Origin: an uncultured Eubacteriales bacterium
GTDB lineage: Bacteria > Bacillota > Clostridia > Oscillospirales > Acutalibacteraceae
Reading direction: 5' to 3'
NCBI GenBank assembly: GCA_964482275.1
Contig: CAYZXC010000001.1
Span: 1 to 31,146, forward strand
Length of the DNA stretch: 31,146 bases
Positions 8,142 to 17,610 of the stretch are shown in pieces (position 1 is the first letter of the stretch; each line of letters begins with the position of its first letter). The notes beneath the pieces are model-generated. The model ran no database searches. It saw only the letters and a list, made by a program, of their open reading frames with translations, and was not told the DNA's origin. The position numbers and the translations under genes were made by a program.

Positions 8142-8684
8142 ATGATCCTAAAACTGCTTTTGACCTTCTTAAAGATCGGCGCGTTTACCTTCGGCGGAGG
8201 CTATGCGATGATCCCGCTGATCCAGCGCGAGGTCGTGGAAAAGAATAAGTGGCTCAGCGATGAGGATATCCTCGATATCATCGCCATTGCGGAATCCACC
8301 CCCGGCCCGATCGCCATCAACTCGGCGACCTTCGTCGGGTATAAGGTGGCGGGCTTTTTCGGTGCCTTTTGCTGTACTCTCGGCGTGGTACTGCCGTCGT
8401 TCGTCATCATTTTACTGGTGTCGTTCGTGTTGGAGCAGTTTGAAGCGCTCAAAGCGGTGCAGTACGCGTTTAACGGCATCCGCGCGGGCGTGCTGGCGCT
8501 GATCCTCAAAGCCCTTATCAATATGTACAAAAAATGCCCGAAAGGCCTCGTTTCGTATATCGTGATGGCGGCGGCGTTTATTTGCGTGGCGGTATTCGAC
8601 GTGAACGTTCTGCTCGTTATCATCGGCTGCGCGGTGTTCGGGCTGGTCACTTCGCTGATCGCTGAAAAGAGGTGCGCGAAATGA
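8142..8684 (+). CDS. Short-chain chromate transporter (ChrA family), first subunit
   Basis: KIGAFTFGGGYAM, AESTPGPIAINSATFVG, LPSF. Confidence 0.92.
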   Translation: MILKLLLTFLKIGAFTFGGGYAMIPLIQREVVEKNKWLSDEDILDIIAIAESTPGPIAINSATFVGYKVAGFFGAFCCTLGVVLPSFVIILLVSFVLEQFEALKAVQYAFNGIRAGVLALILKALINMYKKCPKGLVSYIVMAAAFICVAVFDVNVLLVIIGCAVFGLVTSLIAEKRCAK

Positions 8685-9262
8685 TTTTTCTGCACCTATT
8701 TTTAACCTTTTTCAAGATCGGCGCGTTTACCTTCGGCGGCGGCTATGCGATGTTACCGCTGATTCAAAAGGAGGTCGTGTCGCTCGGCTGGATGACCAAC
8801 GAGACCATCATCAACTTTATCGCGGTGAGCGAAAGCACCCCCGGTCCCTTCGCCGTCAATATGGCGACCTACGTCGGGCAGTCGATGGGCGGCAGCTACG
8901 GTCTGTGGGGTAACCTGTTCGGTGCGTTTTGCGCGACGCTCGGCGTGGTGCTGCCGTCGTTCATCATCATTCTGCTGGTCGCGAAATTCTTTGAAAAATT
9001 CAAGAACAGCCGTATCGTGAAAGGGTGTATGACAGGACTCAAGCCCGCCGTCATCGGCCTGATCGGCTCGGCGGTGATCTCCACCGGTGCGACGGTGTTT
9101 TTCCCCGCCGGCATCTCGCTTGCCACCTTCGCGACGGTGGAATTTATCAGCGCGGCGGTGATCTTCGCACTGGCGTTGGTATTGGCGCTGAAAAAAGTCC
9201 ACCCGATCCTCATCATCGTGATCTCTGCGGCCCTCGGCATCGCGGTCGGCTATCTGTTCTGA
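8681..9262 (+). CDS. Short-chain chromate transporter (ChrA family), second subunit
   Basis: ATGA overlap with the preceding gene; FGGGYAM, SESTPGPFAVNMATYVG. Confidence 0.92.
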   Translation: MIFLHLFLTFFKIGAFTFGGGYAMLPLIQKEVVSLGWMTNETIINFIAVSESTPGPFAVNMATYVGQSMGGSYGLWGNLFGAFCATLGVVLPSFIIILLVAKFFEKFKNSRIVKGCMTGLKPAVIGLIGSAVISTGATVFFPAGISLATFATVEFISAAVIFALALVLALKKVHPILIIVISAALGIAVGYLF

Positions 9263-9263
9263 T

Positions 9264-9291
9264 AAGCAGGAGCATTTGCTCCTGCTTTTTT
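9264..9291 (+). terminator. Intrinsic terminator
   Basis: AAGCAGGAGC-ATTT-GCTCCTGCTT-TTTT. Confidence 0.8.
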
Positions 9292-9319
9292 CATATTCTC
9301 AGCACGCGGGACATACGGT
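9291..9319 (+). promoter_or_regulatory. Sporulation sigma (sigmaE-like) promoter
   Basis: TCATATT-14nt-CATACGGT upstream of a spore cortex deacetylase. Confidence 0.55.
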
Positions 9320-9339
9320 AATAGCAGGAGCGTGAGAAT

Positions 9340-10146
9340 ATGGTTATCTTAAAAAAACGGTGGATCCTCACCGCACTTACCTGTCTGGCACTGCTGATCG
9401 TGTCCCCGCTTGCGATCACGGAATACGCCGCCGTGCGGCAGACCGCCGCGGGCACGGTGACGAGCTGGGGCTTAAGCTTTCAAACGGAGGGGCAGACACC
9501 CGTTGGCAACGCGGATGCGGCGTATCTCAAACAGTTTGATGCGTACTACGTCGGAGAGACCTCGACGGTGAACGGTAAGACGCTGTATCTGACCTTTGAC
9601 GCGGGCTTTGAAAACGGCAACACGGCACCGATCTTGGACGCGCTCGCAAAGCATAACGCCAAAGCGACCTTTTTCCTCGTCAAAAACTATATCGACACCG
9701 CGCCCGAACTGGTAAAGCGCATGGTGGAGGAGGGGCATACCGTCGGCAACCATACGGCGACGCACCCCGATATGTCCAAGATCGCCGACCGTGCGGCGTT
9801 CGAGAAAGAGCTCACCGATCTGGAGGACGCCTACCGCACGCTGATCGGGAGTGATATGCAAAAGCTGTACCGCCCGCCGCAGGGGAATTTCAGCGAATCC
9901 AACCTGAAAATGGCACAGGAGCTCGGCTATCACACCTTCTTTTGGAGTTTGGCGTACGTGGATTGGTATGTCGATCGCCAACCCACCCGCGAGCAGGCGC
10001 TCGAAAAGCTGACGACGCGGGTGCATCCGGGTGCGATCGTGCTGCTTCACAGCACCTCCGCGACCAACGCGCAGATCTTAGACGAGCTGCTCACCAAATG
10101 GGAGTCGATGGGGTATCGGTTCGCACCGCTTTCGGAATTGTTGTAA
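9340..10146 (+). CDS. pdaA: Polysaccharide deacetylase, PdaA-like (muramic delta-lactam biosynthesis)
   Basis: Signal/TM N-terminus; YLTFDAGFENG, GNHTATHPDM, YRPPQG, FWSLAYVDW, IVLLH. Confidence 0.8.
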   Translation: MVILKKRWILTALTCLALLIVSPLAITEYAAVRQTAAGTVTSWGLSFQTEGQTPVGNADAAYLKQFDAYYVGETSTVNGKTLYLTFDAGFENGNTAPILDALAKHNAKATFFLVKNYIDTAPELVKRMVEEGHTVGNHTATHPDMSKIADRAAFEKELTDLEDAYRTLIGSDMQKLYRPPQGNFSESNLKMAQELGYHTFFWSLAYVDWYVDRQPTREQALEKLTTRVHPGAIVLLHSTSATNAQILDELLTKWESMGYRFAPLSELL

Positions 10147-10193
10147 CCAACCGCCTGTCCCTCGCCTACAATGGCATAAAGGAGGCGGCGGAT

Positions 10194-10511
10194 ATGTGGG
10201 AGAGTATCGGAGCGGTGATCGGGTTACTGCTCGCACTGTACGGAGCGGCAGAGCTTCTCGCACGGCTGTGCTGGCGATTGGTGTTTGCGGGCGGAACGGA
10301 ACCGCTTATCCTGTCGGTTACGGCGGGGGAGGAGGCCGAATACCGCATCCGCCGCTTTGCCGCGTGGGTGCACCTTTGTCCCGCGGGTGGGTTTGCCCCG
10401 TCCGTTCGGCTGGACGGCGAGAGCGAGGAGCTGCGGCGGTTGTGCGAGGATCTGGGGCTCACCGTTTATATATCAAAAGATAGCGAAAACCGCTTTACAA
10501 GCGCCGAATAA
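10194..10511 (+). CDS. Hypothetical small membrane protein
   Basis: ATG after AAAGGAGG; 105 aa with an N-terminal TM helix. Confidence 0.7.
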   Translation: MWESIGAVIGLLLALYGAAELLARLCWRLVFAGGTEPLILSVTAGEEAEYRIRRFAAWVHLCPAGGFAPSVRLDGESEELRRLCEDLGLTVYISKDSENRFTSAE

Positions 10512-10522
10512 TACGCTATAAT
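10494..10522 (+). promoter_or_regulatory. sigmaA promoter of recD2-comF
   Basis: TTTACA-17nt-TATAAT. Confidence 0.75.
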
Positions 10523-10528
10523 GAAAAC

Positions 10529-10542
10529 AGAATATATGTTCG
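10529..10542. promoter_or_regulatory. Putative LexA (DinR/Cheo) box
   Basis: AGAATATATGTTCG, one mismatch to GAAC-N4-GTTC, at the predicted transcription start. Confidence 0.55.
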
Positions 10543-10557
10543 GCAAGAGGAAAAACG

Positions 10558-12771
10558 ATGGAGCAAACGGAGCAGGTATTATCCGGCATCGTGGAGCGGG
10601 TGGTTTTCCGTAACGAGGAAAACGGCTGGACGGTGCTGGAGCTTGCGGCGGAGGACGAATTCCACAAGGTGGTGGGCGTTCTGCCGGCCACGCAAGCGGG
10701 TGAACAGTTGAAGCTGACGGGCGAATGGGTGGAGCATCCCAGGTTCGGCCGTCAGTTTCGCGCGCACACCTGCGAGCACGAGCTGCCCACCGACCGTGAC
10801 GCGGTGTTTCGGTATTTAGCGTCGGGTGCGATCAAGGGGATCGGGCCGGTGACGGCGTCGGCACTGGTGGCACAGTTCGGGGAGGATACCCTGCGCGTGA
10901 TGGAGGAGGAGCCGGAGCGGCTGTGCGAGGTGCGCGGCATCACGGCGGCGAAGGCGCAGAAGATCGCCAAGGAATACCGCGAGCAGTTCGGTCTGCGTGA
11001 GGTGATCCTCGCGTTTTCGGGCTACGGGCTCACTCAAAGCGAGGCACTGCGCTGCTGGAAACGGTGGGGTGCGGCAACGGTGGAGACCGTTCGCTCCAAT
11101 CCGTACCTGCTGTGCTCGGCGGGATTATACATTTCGTTTGAGCGCGCGGATGCGATCTGTATGGAAATGGATCGCCTGCCGGACGATCCCCGCCGTATCG
11201 AGGCGGGGCTGCTGCACGTGCTGCGGCACAACCTGCAAAACGGACATACCTGCCTGCCGTCGGACAAGCTGATCGCCGCCACGGCACAGCTGCTGGGTGT
11301 GGATGCGATCAAGACCGGCGAAGCCCTGCAGGATATGGTCACGCGGTTTACGGTGCGCACCGAGCAGATCGGGGAGCAGGTCTTTGTGTTTCTGCCCGCC
11401 TTGCATCAAGCGGAAAAATACGCCGCGTCACGCATTCGGCTGATGACCGGCTTTCACACCGAGATCAACGAAAAGATCCGTCAGAATCTTGAAACGATGG
11501 AACGACAGAACGGCATCACCTATCAGGAGCGCCAACGCGAAGCGGTGCTGGCGGCGGTGGAAAAGGGCGTGCTGATCCTCACCGGCGGGCCGGGTACCGG
11601 TAAAACGACCACTCTGCGCGCGATCATCGCGCTGTTGGAGGGGCTCGGCGAGCGTGTTGAGATCGCCGCGCCGACCGGTCGCGCCGCCAAGCGTATGACC
11701 GAGCTGACAGGCTGTGAGGCGCGCACCATTCACCGCTTGTTAGAGGTGAAATGGGACGAGCACGACACCCCGGTGTTCGACCGTAACGAGAAAAACCCGC
11801 TGGAGGCGGACGCCCTGATCGTGGACGAGGTATCCATGGTCGACGCGCTCTTGTTCGAAAGCCTGTTGCGCGCGCTCAAGCCCGCGTGTCGGTTGATCTT
11901 GGTGGGCGATACCGATCAGCTGCCCGCGGTGGGCGCGGGCAGTGTGTTGCACGATCTGATTGACAGCGGCGCACTGCCGGTGGTGAAATTGAATCAAGTG
12001 TTTCGGCAGGCGCTGACGAGCGATATCGTCGCCAACGCGCACCGCGTCGTATCGGGCGATATGCCGAAATTCAGCAAAAAAGAGGGCGATTTCTTCTTTT
12101 TAGAGGAATTTATACCGGACGATGCCGCCAACACGGTGGTGGATCTGTGTTCGCGGCGTTTGCCCGCCGGCTACGGCACCAGTGTGTTTGACGGGATCCA
12201 GGTGCTGTGTCCCGGCCGCAAGGGTACGCTCGGCACGGTGCGGCTGAACGAACGGCTGCAGGAGGTGCTTAACCCCTGCAGTGAGAGCAAACGCGAGTGG
12301 AGCGGCGAGTCGGTTCTGCTGCGCGAGGGCGATAAGGTGATGCACATCAAGAACGATTACGATATCGGCTGGACGCGGGACAGCGGCGAAATGGGAAGCG
12401 GCGTGTTCAACGGCGATATCGGGGTGCTTCTGGAGATCTCGCCGCGTGAACAGGTGCTTAAAGTCCGCTATGACGACCGCGTGGCGCTGTACAGCTATGA
12501 GCAGGCGAAGGAGCTGGAGCTGGCGTACGCCATCACGGTCCATAAAAGTCAGGGCAGTGAATTTGACACGGTGGTGTTGCCGGTGTGTCACGTGCCGCAG
12601 CTTTTGTGCTACCGCAATCTGCTGTACACCGCGGTCACGCGGGCAAAATCGTTGCTGATTGCCGTGGGCGACCGCGAAACGGTGAGAACGATGGTGAACA
12701 ACCACCGCAAGACCCTGCGGTATACCGGACTTACCTATTTTCTGGAGCAGGCGAGGAGGGTTTTCTCGTGA
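10558..12771 (+). CDS. recD2: ATP-dependent RecD-like DNA helicase
   Basis: N-terminal OB/HhH (IKGIGP), TGGPGTGKTT, APTGRAAKR, VDEVSMVD, VGDTDQLP, YAITVHKSQGSEF, LYTAVTRA. Confidence 0.95.
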   Translation: MEQTEQVLSGIVERVVFRNEENGWTVLELAAEDEFHKVVGVLPATQAGEQLKLTGEWVEHPRFGRQFRAHTCEHELPTDRDAVFRYLASGAIKGIGPVTASALVAQFGEDTLRVMEEEPERLCEVRGITAAKAQKIAKEYREQFGLREVILAFSGYGLTQSEALRCWKRWGAATVETVRSNPYLLCSAGLYISFERADAICMEMDRLPDDPRRIEAGLLHVLRHNLQNGHTCLPSDKLIAATAQLLGVDAIKTGEALQDMVTRFTVRTEQIGEQVFVFLPALHQAEKYAASRIRLMTGFHTEINEKIRQNLETMERQNGITYQERQREAVLAAVEKGVLILTGGPGTGKTTTLRAIIALLEGLGERVEIAAPTGRAAKRMTELTGCEARTIHRLLEVKWDEHDTPVFDRNEKNPLEADALIVDEVSMVDALLFESLLRALKPACRLILVGDTDQLPAVGAGSVLHDLIDSGALPVVKLNQVFRQALTSDIVANAHRVVSGDMPKFSKKEGDFFFLEEFIPDDAANTVVDLCSRRLPAGYGTSVFDGIQVLCPGRKGTLGTVRLNERLQEVLNPCSESKREWSGESVLLREGDKVMHIKNDYDIGWTRDSGEMGSGVFNGDIGVLLEISPREQVLKVRYDDRVALYSYEQAKELELAYAITVHKSQGSEFDTVVLPVCHVPQLLCYRNLLYTAVTRAKSLLIAVGDRETVRTMVNNHRKTLRYTGLTYFLEQARRVFS

Positions 12772-13478
12772 CCGTACGGGAGCGACTCCTTGCCGTTCTG
12801 TTACCGAAGCGGTGCGTGTTTTGCGATACGGTGATCGCACCGGTTCATATCTGCTGTGCGGCTTGCGCCAAGCAGATAGCGGTTATCGAACCGCCGCTGT
12901 GTCCGTATTGCGGGCAAAACAAGAAGCAATGTGGCTGCGAAAAGCACCGTCTGGCATTTGATAAGGTGGCGGCACCGTTTTGTTACGAGTCGGCTGTCCG
13001 CCACGGCATTCTCCGTCTCAAGCGGTATGACGATCCCGATGCGATCTCGTATTTTGCCGAGCGGATGCAGATGGTCACACGGCGTGAGTACGGGGACGAG
13101 CCGATCGACGGTCTTGTGTATGTACCGATGACGCCGCGGGCGTTACGCGAGCGGGAATACAATCAAGGACGGCTGCTCGCCGAGGCGCTCGGAAAACGGT
13201 TGAAACTGCCGGTATATACGGCTCTTGCCAAGGTGTACGACACGCCGCCGCAGAAGGAGCTGGATCTTCATGCCAGATCCGGTAACGTGCTGGGCGTGTT
13301 TGAGGTGACCGACCCTGCGGTACGCGGTAAAACGTTACTGCTGGTCGACGACGTCATGACGACGGGTGCGACCCTGCACGAGTGTGCCAAGATGCTGAAG
13401 ATCTACGGTGCCAAGCGGGTGCTGGCGGTGACCGTAGCGGTGCGCAGACACGAAAAAGAACCGGATGAGATCGATTGA
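12768..13478 (+). CDS. ComF family protein (double zinc ribbon + PRT domain)
   Basis: GTGA overlap with recD2; CxxC pairs, REYNQ, LLVDDVMTTGATL. Confidence 0.9.
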   Translation: MTVRERLLAVLLPKRCVFCDTVIAPVHICCAACAKQIAVIEPPLCPYCGQNKKQCGCEKHRLAFDKVAAPFCYESAVRHGILRLKRYDDPDAISYFAERMQMVTRREYGDEPIDGLVYVPMTPRALREREYNQGRLLAEALGKRLKLPVYTALAKVYDTPPQKELDLHARSGNVLGVFEVTDPAVRGKTLLLVDDVMTTGATLHECAKMLKIYGAKRVLAVTVAVRRHEKEPDEID

Positions 13479-13491
13479 TCTCATCCGGTTC
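13458..13491. terminator. Hairpin/terminator between convergent comF and histidine kinase genes
   Basis: Perfect 15-bp stem GAACCGGATGAGATC-GATT-GATCTCATCCGGTTC. Confidence 0.7.
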
Positions 13492-13497
13492 GTTGTG

Positions 13498-14937
13498 TTA
13501 CGTCTGCAGTTCCATAAAGAATTCCACGCCGTTTTCCGTGTTGCGCACGCCGTACGGCATACGGTGCGCCTGCATGATGGCGGCGACGACGGATAACCCG
13601 ATGCCGGTGCCGCCGTAGGCGCGGGTGCGCGCCTTGTCGATCTTATAAAAGCTCTCCCAGATATGCGGCAGATCCTCGTCCGGAATGGGCGTGCCGGTGT
13701 TGAACACGGTGACGCGCACCGTCTTGCTTTCGGTCGGCTGCAGCCCGATGCGGATCTCACCGCCCTCGGTGACGTGGTGCAGGGCGTTGGTGAGATAATT
13801 TGTCAGCACCTGTTCAATGAGCAGGGCGTCGCCCCATGCGAACAGCGGCTCCTCCGACAGGGAGGGCAGCTCAACGGCACGCTCCGCAAACACCGGTGCG
13901 TGACGCTGCAGCAGTCGCGTAAGCAGTGCACACAGATCGAACCGTTCAATGCTCAGCTCGTCACCGCCGGATTCGAGCTGCATCAGCGTGGTGAGCTTTG
14001 CAATGATCTGTGACAGCTTCTGTGCCTCGTCCTCGATCACCGTACAGTAGAATTCGCGGTCGGCGGCATCCGCCGCGATGTTTTCGTGCAGCCCCTCCGC
14101 GTAGGTCTGGATCAGCGAGATAGGGGTCTTTAACTCGTGTGATACGTTGCGGATAAACCGATTGCGTGCCTCGTTCTGGCGGGTGGTCAGCTCCACGTCA
14201 CTTTGCAGACGCGCGTTGGCGGTCTTGAGCTCTGACAGGCTTTGCTCCATCGTTTCGGACACGGTGTTGAGACTGCGACCGAGCTCAGCGAGCTCGTCCT
14301 GTCCCTCACCGGTATACCGGTCGGAGAAATCCAGCTCGGCCATCCGTTTGGCCTGCCCCGACAGCCGCCGCACCGGACGGGTAAACACGCGGGCAAGGAA
14401 AAACACGGTCACACAGCTGAGTGCCAGCGTGCCGAGTGTTGCCCACCATAAAAAGCGGTTGGTGATGGCGGTGCTCGCCTGCAGATCCGAGATCGGCAGC
14501 TGCAGGGTGATATTGATCCCCTCCCGCGTCTTGCCGTACAGCACCATGCTGTCACCCATATCGGCGGAATCCGAGCGGTTCTGAATGATGAACGAACCGT
14601 TGGTCACGGCGGGATGTGTGACCGTGATGACCGCCGGGCCGGCGCGGCGGTCGGTGGTGTACAGCACCTGATGCTCCGACCAGATCAGAATGGACATATC
14701 GTGGTCGGTGTGATAATGTGACAGGGTGCTTTCCGGATCGGCGCGTTCGGCAACGACGGCAGCGGCGTCGTTGTAGGCTTCGGTGAGCAGGGTCTCTTTC
14801 TCGCGTTCGTACAATCGGGCAAAGGCAAAGGTGTTGAGCAGCCAGTTGACCATAAGGAGCGCCAGAATACACACCGTGAGCACACAGAACACCTTACCGG
14901 CGACCGACCGGAAAAAGCGTGTGATGGCAGTTTTCAT
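13498..14937 (-). CDS. HAMP-domain sensor histidine kinase
   Basis: 2 TM segments, HAMP, SHELKTP H-box, NYLTNA, FYKIDKAR, GGTGIGL. Confidence 0.93.
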   Translation of the reverse strand: MKTAITRFFRSVAGKVFCVLTVCILALLMVNWLLNTFAFARLYEREKETLLTEAYNDAAAVVAERADPESTLSHYHTDHDMSILIWSEHQVLYTTDRRAGPAVITVTHPAVTNGSFIIQNRSDSADMGDSMVLYGKTREGINITLQLPISDLQASTAITNRFLWWATLGTLALSCVTVFFLARVFTRPVRRLSGQAKRMAELDFSDRYTGEGQDELAELGRSLNTVSETMEQSLSELKTANARLQSDVELTTRQNEARNRFIRNVSHELKTPISLIQTYAEGLHENIAADAADREFYCTVIEDEAQKLSQIIAKLTTLMQLESGGDELSIERFDLCALLTRLLQRHAPVFAERAVELPSLSEEPLFAWGDALLIEQVLTNYLTNALHHVTEGGEIRIGLQPTESKTVRVTVFNTGTPIPDEDLPHIWESFYKIDKARTRAYGGTGIGLSVVAAIMQAHRMPYGVRNTENGVEFFMELQT

Positions 14938-15608
14938 GATTCTCCCTCAAACTTATAGCCGATGCCGCGCACCGTCTTGATCCTATCGCCGAACTCACCG
15001 AGCTTACTTCTGAGTTTCTTGATATGCGTGTCCACCGTGCGGGCGTCGCCGTCGTAATCGTATTGCCACACACTGTTCAAGATACGGTCGCGCGATAACG
15101 CAACGCCCTTGTTGGTGACGAGATATTCGAGCAGCTCAAATTCCGTGTAGGTGAGCTGTACGAGGGCGTTCCCCACGTACACCTCGCGCGCCAGCTTGTC
15201 AATGCGCAGGCGGGGAGCGTCGGCGGGTGCCGTTTGTACGGTTCCTTTGCGGCGCAGCACCGCCTCAATGCGGGCGGACAGGATCTTTAAGCTGAACGGC
15301 TTTGCCACGTACTCATCCGCTCCCAGCTCAAAGCCCTGCAGCTCGTCCTCCTCCTCACTGCGGGCGGTGAGCATGATGATGGGCGTCTGATGCGTCTGTC
15401 GGATCTCGCGGCATACCTGCCAGCCGTCCTTGCGCGGCATCATCACGTCCAGTATCACTAAATCGGGATGCTCCCTGTAAAACACCTCCAGCGCCTCGAC
15501 ACCGTCGCTCGCCTCCAGCGTTTCATAGCCCTTGATATGCAGATAATCGGCGATGACACGGCGCATACGCATCTCATCGTCAACGATCAGAATGGCGGGA
15601 TTGCTCAT
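14934..15608 (-). CDS. OmpR-family response regulator
   Basis: IVDDE, LDVMMP, LTAR, KPF, winged-helix RTVDTHIKKLR..TVRGIGY. Confidence 0.95.
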   Translation of the reverse strand: MSNPAILIVDDEMRMRRVIADYLHIKGYETLEASDGVEALEVFYREHPDLVILDVMMPRKDGWQVCREIRQTHQTPIIMLTARSEEEDELQGFELGADEYVAKPFSLKILSARIEAVLRRKGTVQTAPADAPRLRIDKLAREVYVGNALVQLTYTEFELLEYLVTNKGVALSRDRILNSVWQYDYDGDARTVDTHIKKLRSKLGEFGDRIKTVRGIGYKFEGES

Positions 15609-15619
15609 AGTATCACATC

Positions 15620-16207
15620 CTATTTCAGATCGATAATGATCCGGTCGCCCGACTCAAAACGGGCACCACCGGTCAGTACGGCGATCACGCTTTGATACAG
15701 CAGCAGCGGATCGTGCAAAAACCGCTCCCGAACGAGCTCCGCCTGACGGTCGTCCGCGACCAGCAGTGTGAAGGACAGCAGCGGGGAGTCGCCGTCTCCG
15801 ACGGTACAGGTCACGGTGTAGCCCGCGTCGGTCTTTTGGATGTCCACACGGTTTTCCTGCTCGTTACGGCGGCGGGCGAGCAGCTGCAACGCCGCTCCCA
15901 CCGACCGCTCGCGAATGGTGTAGGGCAACAGGTCGGCAAGCGTATCCGCCGCGTGCGAACCCGTATCCGTGACGGACAGGGTGCTATCCTCGTGCTCACA
16001 CAGATTACCGAGCTCCACCAGCTCGTCGATGGCGGCACTGGTATCGAAAAAGTTTGCCATACCGCCTCCGCAGATGATATCCAGCACATCGTTTCGGGGC
16101 ATGGGCACACCCGCGGCGATAAGCATATAGCAAATTAAGATCTTGATCTCGTGACGGGAGTGTAATCCGCCGGGCTCCACACCGGCGCCAAAGGCATCGT
16201 ACTGCAT
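15620..16207 (-). CDS. DUF4364 family protein
   Basis: PGGL....IKILICY, NFFD, wHTH-like N-terminus; AAGGAGG RBS. Confidence 0.75.
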   Translation of the reverse strand: MQYDAFGAGVEPGGLHSRHEIKILICYMLIAAGVPMPRNDVLDIICGGGMANFFDTSAAIDELVELGNLCEHEDSTLSVTDTGSHAADTLADLLPYTIRERSVGAALQLLARRRNEQENRVDIQKTDAGYTVTCTVGDGDSPLLSFTLLVADDRQAELVRERFLHDPLLLYQSVIAVLTGGARFESGDRIIIDLK

Positions 16208-16240
16208 AAACGCGCCTCCTTAAGGTTTATAATCCTCTTT

Positions 16241-16270
16241 AGTATATCAAAAACTCCGCCCTGCTGTCAA
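16241..16270 (-). promoter_or_regulatory. sigmaA promoter of DUF4364-RR-HK operon
   Basis: TTGACA-18nt-TATACT with TG extension. Confidence 0.65.
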
Positions 16271-16283
16271 CAGCAGGGCGGAG
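16249..16283 (-). terminator. Intrinsic terminator of ABC operon
   Basis: 13-bp stem CTCCGCCCTGCTG-TTGA-CAGCAGGGCGGAG then TTTTT on the minus strand. Confidence 0.8.
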
Positions 16284-16289
16284 GCGTTT

Positions 16290-16853
16290 TTACAGGTTGA
16301 TAAGCGTTGCGTCAAACAGCTTTGCTTCGTCGGGCGAATGGGTGACCAGCACGATGGGACACCCGTCAAACCGCTTGCGCAGTGCCGCGGCGATGCGGAT
16401 CTTCAGCGCCTCGTCCAAGCCGTTGAACGGCTCGTCTAAGAGTAACAGCTCTCCGCCGAAGGCAAGTGCGCGGGCAAGTGCGACACGCCGCCGCATACCG
16501 CCGCTGAGCTCAGCGGGCAGCTGCTCGGCGGCATCGCTGAGCGATACCGCGCTCAGACAATCGTCCACAAGCGCGGGATCGGGCTTGTGGAGCACCAGCT
16601 CAAGGTTTTGCCGCACGGTCAGCCACGGCACCAAACGGTCTTCCTGAAACACCACGGCGATGCGCGATGCGTCGCGCCGTATAGTGCCGTCGGTGGGGGA
16701 TTCCAAGCCGGCGATGAGTCGAAGCAGGGTGGTCTTGCCGCAGCCGGACGCACCGAACAGGCAGACCGCACCGCTGTCCGGCAGCGTCAGCGAAAAGTCC
16801 GTGACGACGGGGGCGTCACCGTACGCGAAGGAAACACGGTCAAGCGTTACCAT
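16290..16853 (-). CDS. ABC transporter ATP-binding protein (NitT/TauT type)
   Basis: GASGCGKTT, VFQED, LSGGM, LLLDEPF, VTH. Confidence 0.92.
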   Translation of the reverse strand: MVTLDRVSFAYGDAPVVTDFSLTLPDSGAVCLFGASGCGKTTLLRLIAGLESPTDGTIRRDASRIAVVFQEDRLVPWLTVRQNLELVLHKPDPALVDDCLSAVSLSDAAEQLPAELSGGMRRRVALARALAFGGELLLLDEPFNGLDEALKIRIAAALRKRFDGCPIVLVTHSPDEAKLFDATLINL

Positions 16854-17610
16854 GAGCGGCCTCCTTTCGAGTCAGGCGCAGCAGCGTCTTTTCCAGCACG
16901 AGGCTCAGCGCGATCACCACCGCGGTCCACGCGAACACCTCAGGCGTTTCCAGCGTGATCTTGGCAAGCTGCAAGCGGTTGCCGATCGCGAGATCGGGAC
17001 GGCAGATGACCTCTGCCGCAACTCCCGATTTCCACGCAAAGCCCAGACCGTTTACACACGCGGTCGTAAAATACGGTTTAACGGAAGGCAGATACAGCCG
17101 TGTCAGCACGCGGTGCTGAGGAACGGCGTATACCGCCGCCATTTCCAAAAGCCCCTTATCGGTGCGGCGGATACCCTCCTCCACGTTCACCCATACGATG
17201 GGCAGCACCATCAAAAACGCGATGAACGCGGGAATGATATCGTAGTCGATCCACACCAGGGTAAGGATGATAAACGACGCGACCGGTGCCGCGCGGATGA
17301 TGTGCAGAAGCGGAGAGAACACCGCGCGGACGAGCGAAAAGCGGGTGGTGAGCACCGCGAGCGCCGTCCCGCACAGCAGCGCCGCTAAAAAGCCCAGCAC
17401 GATGCGGGCAAGCGACATTCCGACGGATTTCCAGAACAGCGCGGTGGGCAGCAGTGCCAGCAAGGTTTTCGCCACGGCGAGCGGGGTGGGGATGAGCAGC
17501 TCCTGCTGCACCAGTGCGGCGATCAGCCACCATATCCCGATCCAGAACACCGCGACCGCGACACCGCGTGCGACGGTCTTTAATTTACCCGACATAATAG
17601 AACGCGTCAT
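16840..17610 (-). CDS. ABC transporter permease (NitT/TauT type)
   Basis: SLARI..GF, PVASFI, AWKS..AAE motifs; alternative start at 17595. Confidence 0.9.
   Translation of the reverse strand: MTRSIMSGKLKTVARGVAVAVFWIGIWWLIAALVQQELLIPTPLAVAKTLLALLPTALFWKSVGMSLARIVLGFLAALLCGTALAVLTTRFSLVRAVFSPLLHIIRAAPVASFIILTLVWIDYDIIPAFIAFLMVLPIVWVNVEEGIRRTDKGLLEMAAVYAVPQHRVLTRLYLPSVKPYFTTACVNGLGFAWKSGVAAEVICRPDLAIGNRLQLAKITLETPEVFAWTAVVIALSLVLEKTLLRLTRKEAAHGNA

Noticed and set aside
8142..9262. Near-identical DNA segments suggesting a recent duplication or split pseudogene
   Set aside because: Normal paired short-chain chromate transporter genes, both intact and coupled by ATGA
16290..16853. Short 187-aa ABC ATPase as a truncated pseudogene
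   Set aside because: Walker A, Q-loop, signature, Walker B and H-loop are all present, and a terminator follows the stop directly
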